A program made the position numbers and the translations under genes. A stretch of 64,000 nt of DNA. Source: Octopus bimaculoides (taxonomy: Eukaryota). The notes beneath the pieces are model-generated. The model did not search any database. It saw nothing but the letters and a program-made list of their open reading frames with translations, and was not told the DNA's origin. Every line of letters begins with the position of its first letter. Position 1 is the first letter of the stretch. The stretch lies in assembly GCF_001194135.2 (NCBI RefSeq), contig NC_068991.1:44465317-44529316 (forward strand), in the 5' to 3' direction. This document shows positions 41,120-56,649 of this stretch, one piece after another.

Positions 41120-41300
41120 TTTCACAATGCCAGCAATTTTGAGGGGAGGGGGCAAGTTGATTACATTGACCCCAGTACTTGACTGGTACTTTATTTTATC
41201 GACCCCGTAAGGATGAAAGGCAAAGTTCACCTTGGTGGGATTTGAACTCAGAACATGAGTCAGAAGAGATGTCACTAAGCAGTATGTCCAATATGCTAAC
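41120..41300 (-). mobile_element. Degenerate SINE copy between (TAA)n/(TTA)n tracts
   Basis: attgaccccagtacttgactggtactttattttatcgacccc...gatgaaaggcaaagt...tttgaactcagaac matches the 14053 SINE. Confidence 0.8.
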
Positions 41301-41321
41301 AACTATTGTTGTTGTTATTAC

Positions 41322-41388
<67 letters not shown>

Positions 41389-41525
41389 GTTATTATTATT
41401 ATTATCATCTTCATCATCATTATCATCCTATTTTTGTAAAGTTAAATTGCAAGCAATCTTAATACTCTGTCAAGCTGTTGAAGTCACTGAAAGATTTTTT
41501 TTTTAATATATTGGACAATGGGAGT

Positions 41526-41595
<70 letters not shown>

Positions 41596-43084
41596 TACTG
41601 TAATATAAAATATAGTAATTTTTTCTTCTCTTTCATCTATAGAATTAACTCACTTGTCTAATTAACCCATTTACAAACTCATACACTCTCAGTACATAAA
41701 GTTAAAACAATTTTAAAATTATATAAACAAAAAGAAATGGTCTGAACAGAAACGAACATGTTAGTCTGAAACATAAAAGCAACAAACATGTTCATTCATT
41801 AGGAGTAAATAAATTATTTTGGAGAACTATTTAAAAAAAAAAGAGACAATTTGAAAGAAAAATATTAAAAAAGAAGAATGACGATTAGCAAAAAGTTTGC
41901 AATAGAATATTAATTGTTTGAAATACAAATGTAATCAGGTCACAAGTTTACAGATCTGCCAAGTAATTTTATTGACATTTATTTTATGACATGAAACTAA
42001 GATTTCAGAGAAAGTACTATTTCCTCATATCTGAATCTTTATAAATAAATATTTCACTGTATGTTAAGTTTTACCGTCTGTAACAATGTATGTGTGCGTG
42101 TGTGTGCTTGTAGCTTGATTAATGTTAGTATACAATAAGTTGCGCATGTATGACTCAGAAAGTACATAACTTATGAAAATGTATGCATAAATAAATATAT
42201 TAGAATTTCTGGAATGATACTAAAAAGAATATGCTGAATTTAGATGAAAACATACTAGAAAATGAAAGATACCTTTATAGTTTGCAAGTAGAATGAAAAT
42301 ACTTATTAAAACCAAGTAAAACACAAAAATGGCTTATAAGATACTGTGTTGTAAAAGAAAATTAAAGCAAATAATAAATAAAATTAAATATTAAAACAAT
42401 CTTGCTCAGATATAATATCTAGGCTAATTTCTCATCAAGATTTTAAAGAGAATTCTGATATCTTAAGCTGAGAACAAAAATAGTGTGTTTAGAATCTTTT
42501 TGATTATTTTCAATTTTGCAATTGAAAGTTGGACTTTGAAATAAAAAAAAAATCATACTTAAAACTCCATCTTTATTCTCTAAATGACTAAATCATTTAA
42601 GTCTTTCTATTAAAATAAACAATTTTCTTAATAAAGCCCTGTTACCTGTTATCTCCAAAGGATTAATCCTCATTGCAAATATTAATCCTTAATAAGAATT
42701 AAGAAATATTTCTTCTTTATCAGATATACTTTCTCCTAAAGTGTATTTATAGAATAATATAAAAGTTTTTAATTATATACCATCTGTTTTGTGAAGCTAT
42801 AAATAGACATCTTGACATTGACTGAATTTTAATAAATATAACTGACTTGTGACTATGACAATAGTCAAGAAACAATATAATAGACATTAAAAAGAAAAAA
42901 GACACATGATATGATAAATGACAATAGCACTTCATAAATAATTATAATTTCAATCCTTATACAAACTTACACTGAGATAAGTCAAATCCTGAATTTAGCA
43001 AGCTTAAATTAAGGGCTTGTAGAATACATAGTGAAACAGCTATTTAATAACTTTTTAAGCAGTATATATATATCTATATATATC

Positions 43085-43163
<79 letters not shown>

Positions 43164-46100
43164 ACACACACACATATATATAATGGCTTAAACCCTCACC
43201 AATAAAACAAGTTACTTGAAGCTGAAGTGTTATTATTAAAGGGGTTGAGATTATATATATGTATATTTGTGTCCGTATGCATGTATACAGTATAGACTTC
43301 AAAAAGAGTGCAGCAAAGTGGAAATATAGTGATGCTGTGCAAAAACATACACAAACTGGTGAAACAGCAAGACTGAAGAAAATAATCAGTCTTAAAGTTG
43401 GGAAAACATGTAGGCACACAGTTATGTGCTTTGGAGACACGTGAAATTTTCACCACTGCTCCATGAGTGAAAAGTGAGTGGGTAGCAAATGTTAGAGAAA
43501 AGAGCATTAGATGAGGAAGTCATTGATTGCCTCTATTTTCTAGAGATGATGGTTTAAACTCTACGGCAGTTCAGGCAAGTTAATTAGATTTAAGATTATG
43601 TAGTTCTACGTTTAGCCTTCAAAGTTCAAGTTGCCAGATGATTTAAAAGCCTGTCATATACTACCACCTAACTAGAGTCAACCAATAACTGAACCAATTA
43701 CTAGTGCTATGCCAAAACTTCTTATCTTAAATTTTTTCAAGTGTAACAATGAATATCAAGATCAACAACATATAATATGAGAAAATGCAACCTTAGTTAC
43801 AACCTTTTGTTATGTCCATTCAGATGATGTACACAATAATTTAATGTGGTAATTACAACAATTATATATTTTAAAAATTCTGTGATTGAAAGTGAAAAAA
43901 GAACTAGAATCATATCATTACTCTTTGAAAATTATCCTGTTATTCCTCTCTCATAAACTTGCACTGTTTTTTGTTTTAAACATTTAAAAAAAATTGGAAT
44001 ATATATGCATATATATATATATATATANNNNNNNNNNNNNNNNNNNNNNNNNNNNNNNNNNNNNNNNNNNNNNNNNNNNNNNNNNNNNNNNNNNNNNNNN
44101 NNNNNNNNNNNNNNNNNNNNNNNNNNNNNNNNNNNNNNNNNNNNNNNNNNNNNNNNNNNNNNNNNNNNNNNNNNNNNNNNNNNNNNNNNNNNNNNNNAAA
44201 TAGCCAACTGATATGAGAATATTCATTCAATTTAATCTTGGTGAATGCAAAATTATTAAGCTCCAATCAATAGTTACAACATACCTGAAGAATTTATAGT
44301 AGAGTAAAATGCAATCCACAACAGAGCAATGATTACAGACTTAATTGCAAATAGAAAGTAGAATCCAGCCTTTCTTTGACTAAAATAAAACAAAGCGTTC
44401 TGTATACCAGAAAGTAGAATAAATATATACTAGCATTTTATGAGTTTATCAAACATAAGTATATTGTTTAAATTTAGAACTTTTTTTTAAAGAATAAAAA
44501 AAAAAACTTTTTTGCATTTGGTTTAGTGCACAAATATGCAGGAAACTATGCGCATTTTATTCATCAAAATTAGGCAGAAAAATTAAAAAGCTAACTTAGA
44601 TATTTGAAACTATTTTATATTTTGATTTATGTCTTGAAACCCTTTCTAGGTTTGGATAAGGGGGAAAAACAAACAAAAAACTCAAACAAAACAAAAATAA
44701 TAGAAGCAGTAAGAGTAATCTCTACACCAGATTATTCTACTTAAACTGTAAAAGCATTGCAGGTAAATAGTAATATATTTACAATAGATTTTTTTATAAG
44801 TACATATAAAAAATCTTCTTTAAACACTATTATGTACATATGGTAAAAGCTGTAATTGTCTTACCTAAAACCAGAGAATTCCATAATTTCAAACTTATTT
44901 TATATACCAAAACAAAATAAAACAAGCTTTTTATAATTATTATGTCATTTCTATGTCTCTAAATGAGACATAGAAAAAATAAAAAGAGAATCCCAAGCTA
45001 TTGGAAATTAATAAATTCATTCTCAAATTTGAAATTTAAAAAGTTGTATATGAATGGTTATAAATTTTTCTCTTTATAAAAGCAATGAAGAATTTGATAT
45101 CATTGAGTAATTCTGGAAAAGATGTGATGAAGGTGAAGTGTAGATGTTAAAATAAGAAGTTTCATCTGTAAAAGATTCTACAATAAAAAAACAAACATTT
45201 GTGGAAAGTCTGTTCATATAGCAACATAAAGCAGGGAACCTCACTGCAAACAATGTGACCTGATGGTGTATTGTATGACAAACTTCTTTGTTACACAGAA
45301 TTGGTGTAATATCCTTCTCAGCTAATGAAGTATAGATTTATTTATATAGTTCAATGAATGAATATTATGAAAAAAAAAAAGAAAAAAGAAAAAAAACCTT
45401 TCGATGCCAATATTGTTTGAGTTTCTTTCATACAGTTTATATTCATTTAATTGACCTAGATCTCAAAAGGGATTAAAAATTGCAGTTTTGCATAGATTTT
45501 AGAAAGATGTAGCCATAGAAACAAAGGCAACAGTGAGTACTGGAAAATAGAGCCAGAAACTGCATACCACATGCTAAGCAGATGTGCCTGGATGATGTAG
45601 CCTTATCAAAATTTAAGCAAAAACATACACTTTGAAAGTTTGAGGTCATCTAGTTGTTGTTTTTAAGCAAAACCAACAGCTGAAATATCTTTTATATAGA
45701 TATTATTTAAAGGATATCATATATCTATTGTTTTCCTAAAATATGTTGTAATGATAACTTAAATATTTAATTTCAAGTGACTTAGATTATACTGTGATTC
45801 ATGATTTGACTAGTTGAGCTGAGAGCGAGATGTGTTGTGAAATTATAAACTAAGCAGGGAAAGAATAATTTTTTACTGTGTGACTGGTATTTGAAATGAT
45901 AAATTTTAAAATACTAACTAACATTCTTAATTGTTTGGAGGTTGGAGAATTAAAGAAAAATAAACACAGAATATTTTGCTGAATGTCAATTAAATTGAAC
46001 AGCCAAATAATATCATTTACCTTTTAGGATAGTTAATTCAATATCTAGTTGTAAAAAATGCATAGTTTATAATTTATTTTTCTCTTTGTAAATACTATAG

Positions 46101-49100
46101 CACAACCTCTCTATTTAAATAGACAGTGTGGTGCTGGAATTAGCTTAGCCAAAATTATAATAAATGACAACAAAATTATTAGCAAGTGCAGTTAGTTAAG
46201 ATTTTGGATTATTCCTTAAAAATAATAAATTAAGCAAAATGGGTAATGTCCAAGAGTCAATCACTTATTCACATGATGTCAGTTATATAATTAGTACTAT
46301 TATTATTCATTCATAGTGTCAGTAAAGAACAATTGGATATATTAGAAGTGAAGGAAGAGAGTCCCCTACATTGGTGACTTTGATGGTGTTAACAACAACA
46401 ATGTTGTTGGTGTTAACAACAACAATGGAATATGAACATTGAACAAAAACAAATTTGCTAACAGTCAACACTTTGACATGGCGTCTGGTAGACAAAACCT
46501 AATGTCAAATCTTTTGACAATGCAGATAGATACTTCTTTGGTACTTTACATCATTAGCTGTGTCATTACCAGACAGAGTAGTTGATGAAGTCGGCAGTAT
46601 AGCAGACATGTGGAAACTGATCAGCAGCTCTACAAACAGTGAAGCAATAGAGGGTGGGACGGAGGGTATAATATGGTTGTTAAGGCAAAGTGGTCAAATA
46701 ATGAAGGGTTTACAAGCTTTAATGATATTCAGTGTGGGCATTGCAATATCTCTACACACAACCTCTGCATATTATGTGCAAAGTTCTTAGGCACTAGATA
46801 ACAGTGATAAAATCACTTCCTTTTAAAAACAACAACAACAAAATACCAAGGAAACCTTAGGAATTACACAGTATGCTTGAAGGATAGTAGGGGAAGGCTA
46901 ACTATAAGCGAGAAGGACAAATACATAATAAAACGTTGAAATTTTAGTTAGATCTTGTTAAAATTAAATTTGTAAGCATTTAATCTATATCATTTAAAGA
47001 TAGATATAGCTCACCTCTATGTCTAATGTTTCAAATCACAAAACCTCCATTTTTCTGTGTAACTTAAAATTTAAGCAAAAACTTTTCATTATCTATATAA
47101 AAATAATTACATAATTGCAAGTATAAATTACAAATGAAAAAAGTAATTTTCTATTTGATGTCAAAGTGTATCATTAACAGTTAAAAACAATTAGAATTAA
47201 GAAATTAAATTCTTCATGTTGGCTAAATCAGCAATCTTAAAAACAATGAAAGTTTTCCCATATTTTTAATCAGGGAGTATGTCAGTTTCTGTGTGGGTAG
47301 GGTAAAATATAAGAAAAAGTTTGAAAAAAGTCTTTGACTGGATGTTGAATTCTAAAGTCCTCATGTAGGTAAATATAATAGCTTATATTTCTCCCTGTAT
47401 TTGTTCCATTCTATTCATTCTATTCTCATATTGTTAAGTGAAACTATACTAAGATCTGATACTGATAAATGATATTAACATATTAACATCATCTTTCTTA
47501 GCAAAAAACAATGAAATGAATAAAACTTAGTTTAAACCTTTATTAAATAATAATGGGTTAATTTTATTTTAATGTTTTATTAGCTACTTAAAAGACAGTA
47601 GCTAAAACTTCTTTAATTCCTTTATTTCACTTAGTTAATCTTTAAAATTGTTCAGGATGTATCTTTTAAACTTTGCAATGCCAGATTCTGAGCTTTTCAA
47701 ATCTTTTATGATGTTAAGAGGATGTAAGGACAAAAATATGAACAAATAAATTCCAAAATATATAGAATTATGAAGATGCTTTGCACTTGTCATATAATGA
47801 ATAAGTTTTTCTTTCTCCTATTTCCTCTCCATTTAATTAATGCTATTTTTCCTTTTCTCATTTTTTTAAAGGTAAATGTTAATAATGACAGGGAATAAAT
47901 TGCTTTCCCAAACTATTAGAAAAAAAACATTTAAAAAATTGAAATGGAATGACTCAAAACACCATGATACATCTGAATTGGAACCATATTTTTGGACTAT
48001 TTAAAATCAATGAGAATAGAGAACATTAGTAAATATCTAGTAGAAAGAGTATGCATACATGTATAGTAGTAGTAATAAAACTGATAACAATGAAGGATAT
48101 TACAAGTACAATTCTGTGTAAATAAAAGAGGAAAAATTTTGATGAACCAAAAAAAAAAAAATAACGGAAAAAGGATTTTAACCAAAAAGCAATTATTGTA
48201 AAAATATAACAACAGTACATTGGTAGTAGTAGTAGTAGTAGTAGTAGTAATAGTAGTAGTTGTGGTTGTTGTTGTTTCTGTAGTAATATTGGCAATATTC
48301 ACAAAGTTTAGGTGCTGTTACCAATTAAATAAGTTTCTTTGAAATTGACAAGATATAAATGATAAATATATCTTCACTGTAGTTTCAGAAGTTTGTGTAG
48401 AATAAAGTCATGTTGAATTCTTGCACAAAAGAGTCTAAACAAACAGCCAAACAAACAATAATGCAAATACAAGTATAAATTACCAAAATGGGAAAAAATT
48501 GAGTTAAACATTTAAGTCTTAGATAGAATTAAATAAAAATAAAAATTTCTCAAAAGATAATTCATGTAACATAAATTTACACACGCACACGCACACGCAC
48601 ACATGTGATTTCCATATATTCTTTTATTCAGTAATGCTATGAGAATTATTTCATTTCTATGCGAAGATATACAGCATGGCAACATTTGTGAAGCTGCAAA
48701 TGTATGAAACGCAGTGAAGAAACAAAACACTTAAAATTTAACATGTCATGACTGTTGTAAGACATAAGTTTTACAGATATTGTTGTTGCCTGTGGTTGAT
48801 CATACATATTTATGTAAGTGTGTATGTGTGTGTGTATATGTATACGCACACATTATATATATGTATATTTATGTATGTATAGTATATATGTATACTTTCA
48901 AATATATGTATATATACAAGTACATACATATATATGTGTATATATATGTATGTATATATATAATATATATATATATACATACATATACATACACACACTT
49001 ACATATATGCATATATTTGTGTTATTTTGTGTGAAAATGTATGAATGTGTGTATGTGTATATGTGGTGTCTGTACTAGGTTGACAAAGGCAAAAATGTTT

Positions 49101-52100
49101 TATGAGCTGTTATATTTCTCTTACCTATGTATATATGTTTGTGTGTATGTGTGTGTATATAAATATATATATATATATGTATAGACACACACACATATGT
49201 ATGTACTCATACAAATATTTATGCATATATGCATGTACATACAAAAGGAACAGGTAATGGATGTGAAAATTGTTGCTAGGAGCTGCATGAGAGGCTGTGT
49301 AAAACATAACAAAGAAAAGTTGCGCATTAATTAATTAGTATAATAACTGTTACTGTTGTCATTAACATTGTTGTTTGTACTATTATTATTATTGTTGTTG
49401 TTGTTTTGTAATAATTTATGTAGTTTAAGTAGAAGTATTAGTATTAGTATATCATGGTTGGAGGGTGGTATGGGTAGTTATGAGAGAGTTAGCATGGAAG
49501 GGACATGTGTTGGTTGTCAACCTCCTTTGCTCTCTCTCTCAGCTCACTCCCCATTTGTCTGCTCACTCTTACATTATAGATATTCTTCACGGGGTATTTT
49601 TTTACATCTAAATTATTTAGCTATCCTTCCATTTGTTTTGTTTTCTTTTTTGTTTTCAGCAATACTAGTAAGAAGCTTTATACATACCCTTGAATATGCC
49701 AGCAAAAATAAGAAAAATAATTATATATATATGTTGATATATATATATATATATTTTTGTTTTGAATGAAAGAAGTTAGAAAAAAATTGAGATAGACAGA
49801 AAGGAAAAAAAATGACTCATGGCAAAATAGTAGCTTAATGCAGGGTCAGTCTACTCAAAAAGTAAATAATAGCCAAAGGCACGGCAGCAAAGAACCTAGG
49901 AAGAAGCAGCACGCATGGCTAAGGACATTGTTTTGAGTAGTACTGAGGGATTGCTCAAGGTTAGTTATGTTTTAAGACATTAACTGGTAATTTCAATGAA
50001 AGATAGTGGCATTGTAACTATGAACCCAGTGCAAGATCAACACTATATTTGTTGTATTAAGTAATCATAAATCTGTTAAAATTCTTGCATAACTGTACAA
50101 TAAATTATTTGATTACAGTTTCATAGATATAGATTTTGTTTTACTCTCTCTCCAATATGAAGTTGTATGGAATATTTAAAGCGTTCTGTTTTTTACTTTC
50201 ATATGATCTCTACCAACACACTCATACATTCTCCCTATCTCTTTATTCTTGTTGGTTATTATTCAAAATTTCTTACCAATATTGAGATTTAGGTACTGTT
50301 CTATATTATTTCACTTGCTTTTAGACCAGTGTGGTGTGATCATATAGTAACTGTCATATTCCTGAGTCATTTATCATATAGTAACCATTATTGCAATGGT
50401 CTGTGGTATATATAGTCACCATCTATCTGAAGGCATCTATTACATTGTAATTGTCATAGCCGTGGGATACTTAGTATATCAGTCAAGTCATTAGTTGGCA
50501 ATTAGTGTCATGTTTATCATAATCATTTAAGAAATTAACATTTTTAAAAAAGAGTTTTAATTCTATCAGTCACTCACTGATTGTGTCTTCTGCTTTTCAA
50601 AGTATTCACTTATCTCGATTTCGCGGAGCTATTCCCGCTTGCCATTTTCTTTTCAGTATATATTTCTTTCATAGTTTTGGGCTGCCCTTTGATTTTGGTT
50701 GGATAACATTTCATACATTTTGAATACATCTTTTTAAGCTCTTTTATCAACTTTCTTACTTCTAAAGCCTCTAAAAGATATAAATCATAGACATACACCA
50801 TTACTAATATGTTGCATTCTCTTTTACAGTAGGTTCGTTAATGGTTGAACTATTAAGGTGAAATATTCCATTTTGTTTGTTTTCTATATTTTATACTTTT
50901 TATTGATTTGATTTGATTTTGTATCTCATGAAGAGGAAATTCTCCATCTTTATTTTTGTATTTTGGTGTTTCCTCAACTTTGGACAGTTGGAAACATTTA
51001 GCAAAGAAATATGCTCAAATATTAATTGGTCATAAATAATAACAAGAATTCATCTCTGTTCAATGTAAAGTTGAACAGCTCATGTTGATCATTAACTTTT
51101 AGAAGATTTTTTGCTTCCTTTATTTAAGAACATTTACAATACCACTATGTCACAGAATCACCAGACTAATGCCTCAATTTCATATAAATATTTTGCAATA
51201 TGTGACACAACAACCAATGAAAGGAGATTGTATTGAGCTATTTCAGCATGAGGACAAAAAGCAGGGTTTTGGAATTTTTGGCGAATCATACACAGTGCAT
51301 GGAATTTGGCTACCCCAATACGGACTACTTATAATGTAGCAATTAAATATATAATTATTCTGAGTATGTGATATAAATTCAAATGTAATATCCATGAAAT
51401 TCGATTCACTTTTATGAAATGTAAAACGAATTTGCATTATATGAACGTGTCAACTGAAATGAATATATTTCATGGGATTCTTTGAATAAATAGCAGATAA
51501 TTTTTTAAATTTGGCATTTAAAAAATTCAAATTTACTTTTCTACAATAAACAATTTCCGCAGATTCTAAAACGAGATCTTAATTAGTATGTAAAGTAATT
51601 ACATCATTTAAAATTAAAGGAAAATATATTACATATAAAGCAACACGCATGTACACACAGCAATACACACAAAACTAGGTTTTTCTTATAATTTTGATGT
51701 ATTTTAGAATAATTTTAATGTGAGCAAATATAAATCTTTATTCTTTTGCTCATTAAATATTCATAATTAATACTTCTTCCAAGTTAACTCTCAAGAAATT
51801 CTTTGGGATTTTGGGAAAATCTTGTGAACAAAACATTGAAATAATATTACTTAAATGCATGTACACACACACACACGCACACATGCTCACACACACACAG
51901 AGAAACACACATACACAAACACATACACATAAATATATATACACACACACATATTTACATACATAGATGTAAATATATGAGACAGTGATATACATATATC
52001 CATATGTATATGTAGATATATATATCTATATATAAATATATGTAGATATATATCTATATATAGATTATATATTCCATATATATATATGTTTATTCTACGG

Positions 52101-53250
52101 AAATATTTTTAGTAGTTTTGTATTGTTTCAAGATCTGTAACTCAGTTTTAGAAATTTCAACTAAGTTTAAGATCTTGCATTAATTATATTTCTAAATTAG
52201 TTACATGTTTTAGGTACTAATATCTCATACTCGCAGGGCAGACTGATTGGCCGATCAGAAGTACCAACCAGTGATGAGGTAGCCAAACCCCACCAAGCTT
52301 TATCTAGGGAGGAATTCACTCAGGTAAAACCTAAGTTATAACAGGGTCTTCAAATGTAGGTGAACGACATGGGTCTTGAGATGCAGGCAGCAATTGGGTC
52401 TTCATATACAAGCAATAAGTTATTAAAGTAGCAAGCAAATACTTTTCATTGATAACATACAAAATTGACTTAAGTAGAATACAAATAAGTGGAAGACAGA
52501 AAGCTAAATACCAACAAATACTAAAATAAAAATTGCAAGATAAATATAGGCCTTATAGGAATGGCATCTTATAATTTTTTTTGCATGTGTATTTCACAGG
52601 ATTAACTCTGGCTAGTTAGTTATAAAAACCATACAAGCAAGCAGACTCATTTTTTTTTTAACCTTTTTCATTATTAATTTGTTAAAATTCCCTACCTGAG
52701 AAGTGATTATTTTACTATTATTATTTTCCTTGAAGTGCAAACTGGCAGTTAAAAATTTTGAGAAGAATACTTTTGATGTAAAAAAAAAAGTCTAGTAGTT
52801 ATGTAGAATAACTGCCAATATGTTATTGGCTAATTGACTATGCATAAGTATGCAGACATATATACACATTTACATGACTGTATGCATGATATATAAATGC
52901 ATACTCAACATTATGCGTGTAGACATGTATATTTTTCTTTTTTTTTTTTACAGTAGCAGTTAATTTGGCAGGGATTTTTTAATATTCAAGATGAATGTAA
53001 AATCTGGACATTGTCAAAGATATAATGAAAATGTATATGCTACAATATAGAAAATATTTAGGAAATGTTTGCTGATATAAAAAAAAAAACTTTTTAACTT
53101 TAGTTAAGTAGAGTTATTTTAAAATATTTTTTTTTACCAAGCCAGAGCAGATTAAGAAATAAAAAAAACAACTTTTTCATGCGGTATAAGCAAAGATTGT
53201 ACAAATAAACTTAGTTTTAATTATTAGGAATTAGAGAAATTATGTATATG

Positions 53251-53300
<50 letters not shown>

Positions 53301-54020
53301 NNNNNNNNNNNNNNNNNNNNNNNNNNNNNNNNNNNNNNNNNNNNNNNNNNNNNNNNNNNNNNNNNNNNNNNNNNNNNNNNNNNNNNNNNNNNNNNNNNNN
53401 NNNNNNNNNNNNNNNNNNNNNNNNNNNNNNNNNNNNNNNNNNNNNNNNNNNNNNNNNNNNNNNNNNNNNNNNNNNNNNNNNNNNNNNNNNNNNNNNNNNN
53501 NNNNNNNNNNNNNNNNNNNNNNNNNNNNNNNNNNNNNNNNNNNNNNNNNNNNNNNNNNNNNNNNNNNNNNNNNNNNNNNNNNNNNNNNNNNNNNNNNNNN
53601 NNNNNNNNNNNNNNNNNNNNNNNNNNNNNNNNNNNNNNNNNNNNNNNNNNNNNNNNNNNNNNNNNNNNNNNNNNNNNNNNNNNNNNNNNNNNNNNNNNNN
53701 NNNNNNNNNNNNNNNNNNNNNNNNNNNNNNNNNNNNNNNNNNNNNNNNNNNNNNNNNNNNNNNNNNNNNNNNNNNNNNNNNNNNNNNNNNNNNNNNNNNN
53801 NNNNNNNNNNNNNNNNNNNNNNNNNNNNNNNNNNNNNNNNNNNNNNNNNNNNNNNNNNNNNNNNNNNNNNNNNNNNNNNNNNNNNNNNNNNNNNNNNNNN
53901 NNNNNNTTGGAGAAATTTTCTTTTTGTTCCATTTTTCTGCTGCTGTTCAATTGCAGAAATGGAATTAGGTAGAAAGAAACTGAGCAGGTGCTTGGAGTTT
54001 TTATATATATATATATATAT

Positions 54021-54051
<31 letters not shown>

Positions 54052-54270
54052 CATATATATTTATATACATATATATATATATATATGTATATACACACAC
54101 ACGTGTGTGTGTGTGTGCATGTGTCTGTGTGTTTGAGTGTGTGTGTGTATGTATTTATACATACACATGCACGCACATGTATACGCAAATATGTATATAT
54201 GCAAATATCAATGTGTATGTATATATATATATGTATTGTATATATATTATATCATATATATATATTATAT

Positions 54271-54319
<49 letters not shown>

Positions 54320-54365
54320 CTTACGAAGTCTGCAAGCTGTTGTTATAAATATCAAAAGCACTGCT

Positions 54366-55459
54366 TCAAGCAACAACTCCACTCTCTGGATAGAGTTCGA
54401 CAGTTTTCACTTCAGTTTGTATTTCTGTTCCTGATCCACTGGGAGAATCATCAGGAGATTCTTGTGTAATTTCGTCTTGTTTTTTACAACTCTCTTCATA
54501 TGATGGTGGTGGTGGCAAGGCTGACTGAGGCCTTGGTGGTCGATTTGCACTGAATTGTCTCCATGCTCTCTGTATGATTCTTGCTGCAAAGTGTTCTTTT
54601 TGTCTACGTAACGTTGAAGTAATAGGGTTATAATCCACTTTCTCCGCTGCTGGTTCTTCAGCAGCTGATTCATCTGCGGTTCCCAAATAATTCTTTGTCA
54701 AAGCTTGTAAAATATCTACACAGTGTACTTTTTCACCTTCACATATAGGAATGTCAAGTTTAACAAGCATAAAATGATTTGGTTTGGGTAACTGAAGAGG
54801 TTCTTCCAGGAAGTCTACAAAGTCTGACAGTTCACTGAGTGCAATATATTGGGTTGCTTTAGGATCGAATTTTTCCCACTTTTCATAATACATATCAAAG
54901 TCATCTGGAGTGAGACCTTGCTGCACATCTTCAGTGGCTTGGCTAAAGTTCTCGAGTATTACTGCAATGTACATGTTTATTACCACGAGAAAGCTTATAA
55001 CTAAATAAGTCACAAGGAACAGAACTGCCATACCATAACTTCCACAATTTCCGTTTGCATTTTTGTTTCCAAATATTTCCTTATTAGGATCACATTCTGG
55101 AGGTTCTCGCATAATTGCTGCTAAAACACCATCCCAACCTGCAGAAGTGGACATTTGGAATAGAAGAATCATACTCTGAATCAAAGTCTGGAAATTGAAA
55201 ACATCATCTATACCATTGAAAGCACCGACATCCATAAAGAAGGACATCCCAAACATAGAGTAGATGAACATGACCAAAAATAGAAGCAATCCAATATTGA
55301 AGAGAGCTGGTAAAGACACTGCTAAGGAGAATAGCAATGTACGGATACCTTTTGCTGATTTCACAAGACGAAGTACACGGCCAACACGGAAAACACGAAC
55401 AACACGCAATAATGTTGGCGATACGAAATATTGCTTAATAATATCAGATAAAGCAATAC
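54366..55459 (-). CDS. Nav1: Voltage-gated sodium channel alpha subunit, terminal coding exon (DIV S3-S6, pore loop, C-terminal domain)
   Basis: Acceptor ttcag at 55462-55460. Translation [44 protein letters not shown] (S4), [10 protein letters not shown] (DIV pore), [13 protein letters not shown] (S6), EF-hand-like region, IQ motif [16 protein letters not shown], ending SGVVA-stop. 1094 bp, in phase with the upstream exon. Confidence 0.98.
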
Positions 55460-56507
55460 CTGAAATTGAGAAAAGAAAAGAAATAGTTTACAATTCATGT
55501 ATTTTACGACTTTCAAATAAATCAAAGTAACAAAATGTAACATATGTATGTGTGTATATGTGTATATATGTAAGTTTGTGTGTATATATATGATGTGCAT
55601 TTGTACATGAAATAATGACTATTTCACAATCACAATAAAAATATATTTTCATGCAAAGTTTACTAAGAGGTCAATAGATTTGAACATATATATGAGAAGG
55701 GAATTCCAGAGAATTGACCTTCTGGAGAGGACTAGGCATAGTGGTTAGTGTGGGGCATGGAGTGGGTGGGTGGACACACTATGGATGAATAGAGAGACAA
55801 GTGAGTTGGTTGAGCCTGGAGGTGGCATGAAATCAATGAGTTCTGACGAGGAGAGGCCACTGCAGTAGTAGCAGAAGAAGAAAAATGAGTTTAATTAGAA
55901 AAAAAGGAAATAGTAGATTGAGTAAAGATTGGCATGGATGACATATACTTTATGAAGATGATTGTAAAGATTTAAATGGGTAACCTTAATACTTTTATTA
56001 ATTGTGTTATTACTGATGCAAGATTTTGTTGTATCTTTGACCTAAATCTAAATGTGTAAGAAAACATGAGCACAAAAATTTTGCAAAGGGGCCACTCATT
56101 ATTTTGCGTTTCATGTGTTGAAGAAAAAGTATCGCATGTAGGTTTTTTTTCAAATGTTACATTCAAGTTTGAATTCCTTAACTTAGGTGAAGTAGAGTGT
56201 TATGTTGTGGATTCTCTACAAGAACTGTAGAGAGAACGAGCTATTTAAGATTTAAGCAACAACTGTATGAAAGTACCTATTTTATGATAGAAGAGAATGT
56301 GTTCATTTTGCCTGTTCTGCTTCAGTAATATAGTGTGTGTGTGTGTATTTGGAAGTATGTTTTGATGCAATACACTTTACCAGAAGTTTTCAACTGAGTG
56401 TCCAGTTCAATAATTCACTCCTATATCCTTGCAGTATTGCAATCATACCATCTGAGCAAAGATAGACTAGATTGTTATGAGAATGAGTCATGTAATACTG
56501 GAATAAT

Positions 56508-56649
56508 CACAAAATAAAAATGTTGATATTTTGAATGTATTTAATACATGCGTTTTTTTAAATGTTGAGGGCAGTATAGCATAATGGTTATCTTAAGTAA
56601 ATACTCAAAACCATTAAATGTATTCAAAATATCAACAGTTGATTTTGTG
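56508..56649. repeat. ~35-bp imperfect inverted repeat in the last Nav intron
   Basis: cacaaaataaaaatgttgatattttgaatgtattta vs taaatgtattcaaaatatcaacagttgattttgtg. Confidence 0.8.

Noticed and set aside
49876-49882. miR-124 seed match on the Nav strand (also at 40096-40102)
   Set aside because: One or two 7-mers in ~26 kb is close to chance, and UTR status is unproven.
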